Positions 61,992 through 64,000 of a DNA stretch of 64,000 bases are shown here, in pieces. Positions within the stretch are counted from its first letter, which is position 1. The number at the start of each line of letters is the position of its first letter. The DNA is from Pseudovirgaria hyperparasitica (lineage: Eukaryota). The position numbers and the translations under genes were made by a program. Below the pieces are notes generated by a model. The model was not told where the DNA came from. It ran no database searches and saw only the letters and a program-made list of their open reading frames with translations. The stretch lies in assembly GCA_010093815.1 (NCBI GenBank), contig ML996565.1; one strand, given 5' to 3'.

Positions 61992-63885
61992 ATGGCGAGT
62001 ACAGCGCATACCACGGCCAGCGGTACAATTTACCATCCGGCGGAGACATTCGATATTCCCCGATTGGACTTATTGTCCCTTCTATTTGGCAAGTATACTC
62101 CGCAAATCCGATGCCCATCAAGATGTGTGATTGCTGATCTCTCTAGACTCGAAATGCACCGATTCTCAAGAAGACACTGTCATACATGCATCTGCTGCCA
62201 ATCCATCTATCGCGTTAACCAAAGCCGAATTGAGAACACAAACCCGTCGAACTGCTCACATGCTCCGCAGCACCTACGGCATTGGTGCGAACGGACCTAA
62301 CAAAGACATTGTCACAGTAGTCTCAACCGGCAGCCAATTCGTCCCACTCCTCTTCTACGGTATAATCGCCGCCGGTGGCGTGTTCTCTGCTGTCAGCCCT
62401 GCAAGCACCACATCCGAACTCGCCCGCCTTATCTCCACCGCAGGAAGCAAATGCATCATCTGCAACGAAGCCACCAAAGATCTCACCATTCAAGCCGCCG
62501 GTGAAGCCGATCTACCGTACGACTCAGTATGTGTCATCAGCGAGGGTGCCACATGGAGTGTTCGCAAGCTCGGACACGAGCAGAATCTTATCACCACACA
62601 GGAGCTCGATTGGCAGCGCATCACAGATCTGAAGACACTCGAGGAGAGCTTGATTGTGCTAATTTATTCGAGCGGCACCACAGGCCTGCCCAAAGGCGTG
62701 TGTCTCTCGCACACCAATCTTGTCTCGGAAGCCGTCGTAACTCTCGAACTCACGAAGAAGCGCTACAAGATAGTCGGCAAGGAGAACTTCCAGTATCGCA
62801 CTCTGGCCCATTTGCCCATTGCTCATATTGCGGGCATTCAGGGGTACTTCATTAACCCTTTTTATATGAACGGAACGACATATTGGATGTCCAAGTTTTC
62901 TTTCCCCGAGTTTCTTGAGTACAACAAGAAATATAGGATCACGTTCTTCTTCACTGTACCACCTATCTATCTACTCATTGCCAAAAGCCCTCTGGTCAAG
63001 GATCATTTTGATACATTGGAGCACGCAGTTAGTGGAGCGGCGCCCCTGGGCAAAGAGTTACAGTATGCAGCTAGTGCGAAGTTAGGGAAAGGGAAAACGT
63101 TTGTGAGTCAAACATGGGGGTTAAGTGAGACTACGGGGAGTATCACGGCTATGCCGTATGGTTTGAATGATGATACAGGCAGCGTGAGTAGCTTGGTGCC
63201 GAACTGCTATGCGAGGTGGGCCCATCTTCTATTCCTCTCCCTCATTTCTCCAGCATACCTTGTTAACCATGCTTAGAGTTGTCGACGAAACCGAGAAAGA
63301 TGTACCCGTCGGCGAGCGCGGTGAGCTCTGGGTTAAAGGCCCGGTCGTGACGAAGGGCTACTACAGTAATGCTGATGCAAATGCTGACGCATACACTGAT
63401 GGCTGGTTCCGCACTGGTGACATCGGCTACTTCGCCAACGGGCTTTTCTACTGCGTTGATCGCATGAAGGTACCACCCAGCTTCCCCTTCCATCACCCTA
63501 TTTATCTCTTATATCTTTCACTCAAACGGGCAATTAGCTCTTGACTAATGCTGCCCAGGAACTCATAAAATACAAAGGCCTCCAAGTCGCCCCCGCTGAG
63601 CTCGAAGCCTTGCTCCTCACGCATCCGCTTATCGCTGACGCCGCCGTTATCGGTATCACCACTGAGGACGGCACAAATGAACTCCCGCGAGCCTATGTCG
63701 TTGCAGATAATTCCGCCATTAGTGAAATGGACATCAAAGACTGGGTGGCAACTAAGGTCGCTGGCCATAAGCAATTGAGGGGTGGTGTAGTATTCGTGGA
63801 CGTGATACCGAAGAGTCCGTCGGGGAAGATCCTGAGGAAGGACTTGAGGGCACTCGCAAAGAGAGTTGATGGGGCGAAGCTTTGA
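61992..63885 (+). CDS. Peroxisomal 4-coumarate/phenylacetate-CoA-ligase-like acyl-CoA synthetase, ~561 aa; exons 61992-62088, 62147-63215, 63277-63469, 63559-63885
   Basis: [55 protein letters not shown]-terminal PTS1 -AKL. The first intron is GC-AG. Confidence 0.93.
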
Positions 63886-64000
63886 GAATTTTCTAGCAGT
63901 ATGGATTCTGGATTCGAATGTAGACCCGCGCCTGGTGAAGATCGATGATGTAATATGTCTCCGTATTCTTGTAGTAGATATACTGCTTGTCTTGCTAAGA

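Noticed and set aside
54895..63885. P450 + phosphatase + dehydrogenase + acyl-CoA ligase as a secondary-metabolite cluster
   Set aside because: No PKS/NRPS/terpene synthase, transporter or pathway regulator in the window. The genes fit general catabolism; a backbone gene beyond the right edge cannot be excluded.

Overview
Eukaryotic genomic DNA from a filamentous ascomycete (Pezizomycotina; Dothideomycete-like is only an impression). It has short spliceosomal GT-AG introns with CTRAY-type branch sites, so the ORF track fragments or misses most genes. I reconstructed about 23 protein-coding genes by hand. Conserved genes: NmrA-like oxidoreductase, TmpA-like membrane flavoprotein, alpha/beta hydrolase, phospholipase D, SAM+HMG-box regulator, CBM48/Crp1-Mdg1-like protein, PKA regulatory subunit, SGNH hydrolase, archaemetzincin (M54), Dbf2/Sid2 kinase, cytochrome P450, histidine acid phosphatase, Zn-dependent (formaldehyde-type) dehydrogenase and a peroxisomal acyl-CoA ligase. 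Accessory genes are interspersed. The most notable items are: (1) a zinc-ribbon/ankyrin/nucleic-acid-deaminase gene that is intact except for one in-frame TAG (nonsense allele vs stop recoding); (2) a 4-exon, 76-aa Cys-rich membrane microprotein and a 137-aa secreted protein, both absent from the ORF track; (3) an IFI6/IFI27-like gene; (4) a tandem pair of diverged unknown-function paralogs; (5) a knottin-like secreted protein. No rRNA, tRNA, CRISPR array or intact transposon was recognised. There is one 40-N assembly gap inside a 16-bp tandem repeat. Exon coordinates come from manual reading and family names from motif recognition, not database searches.
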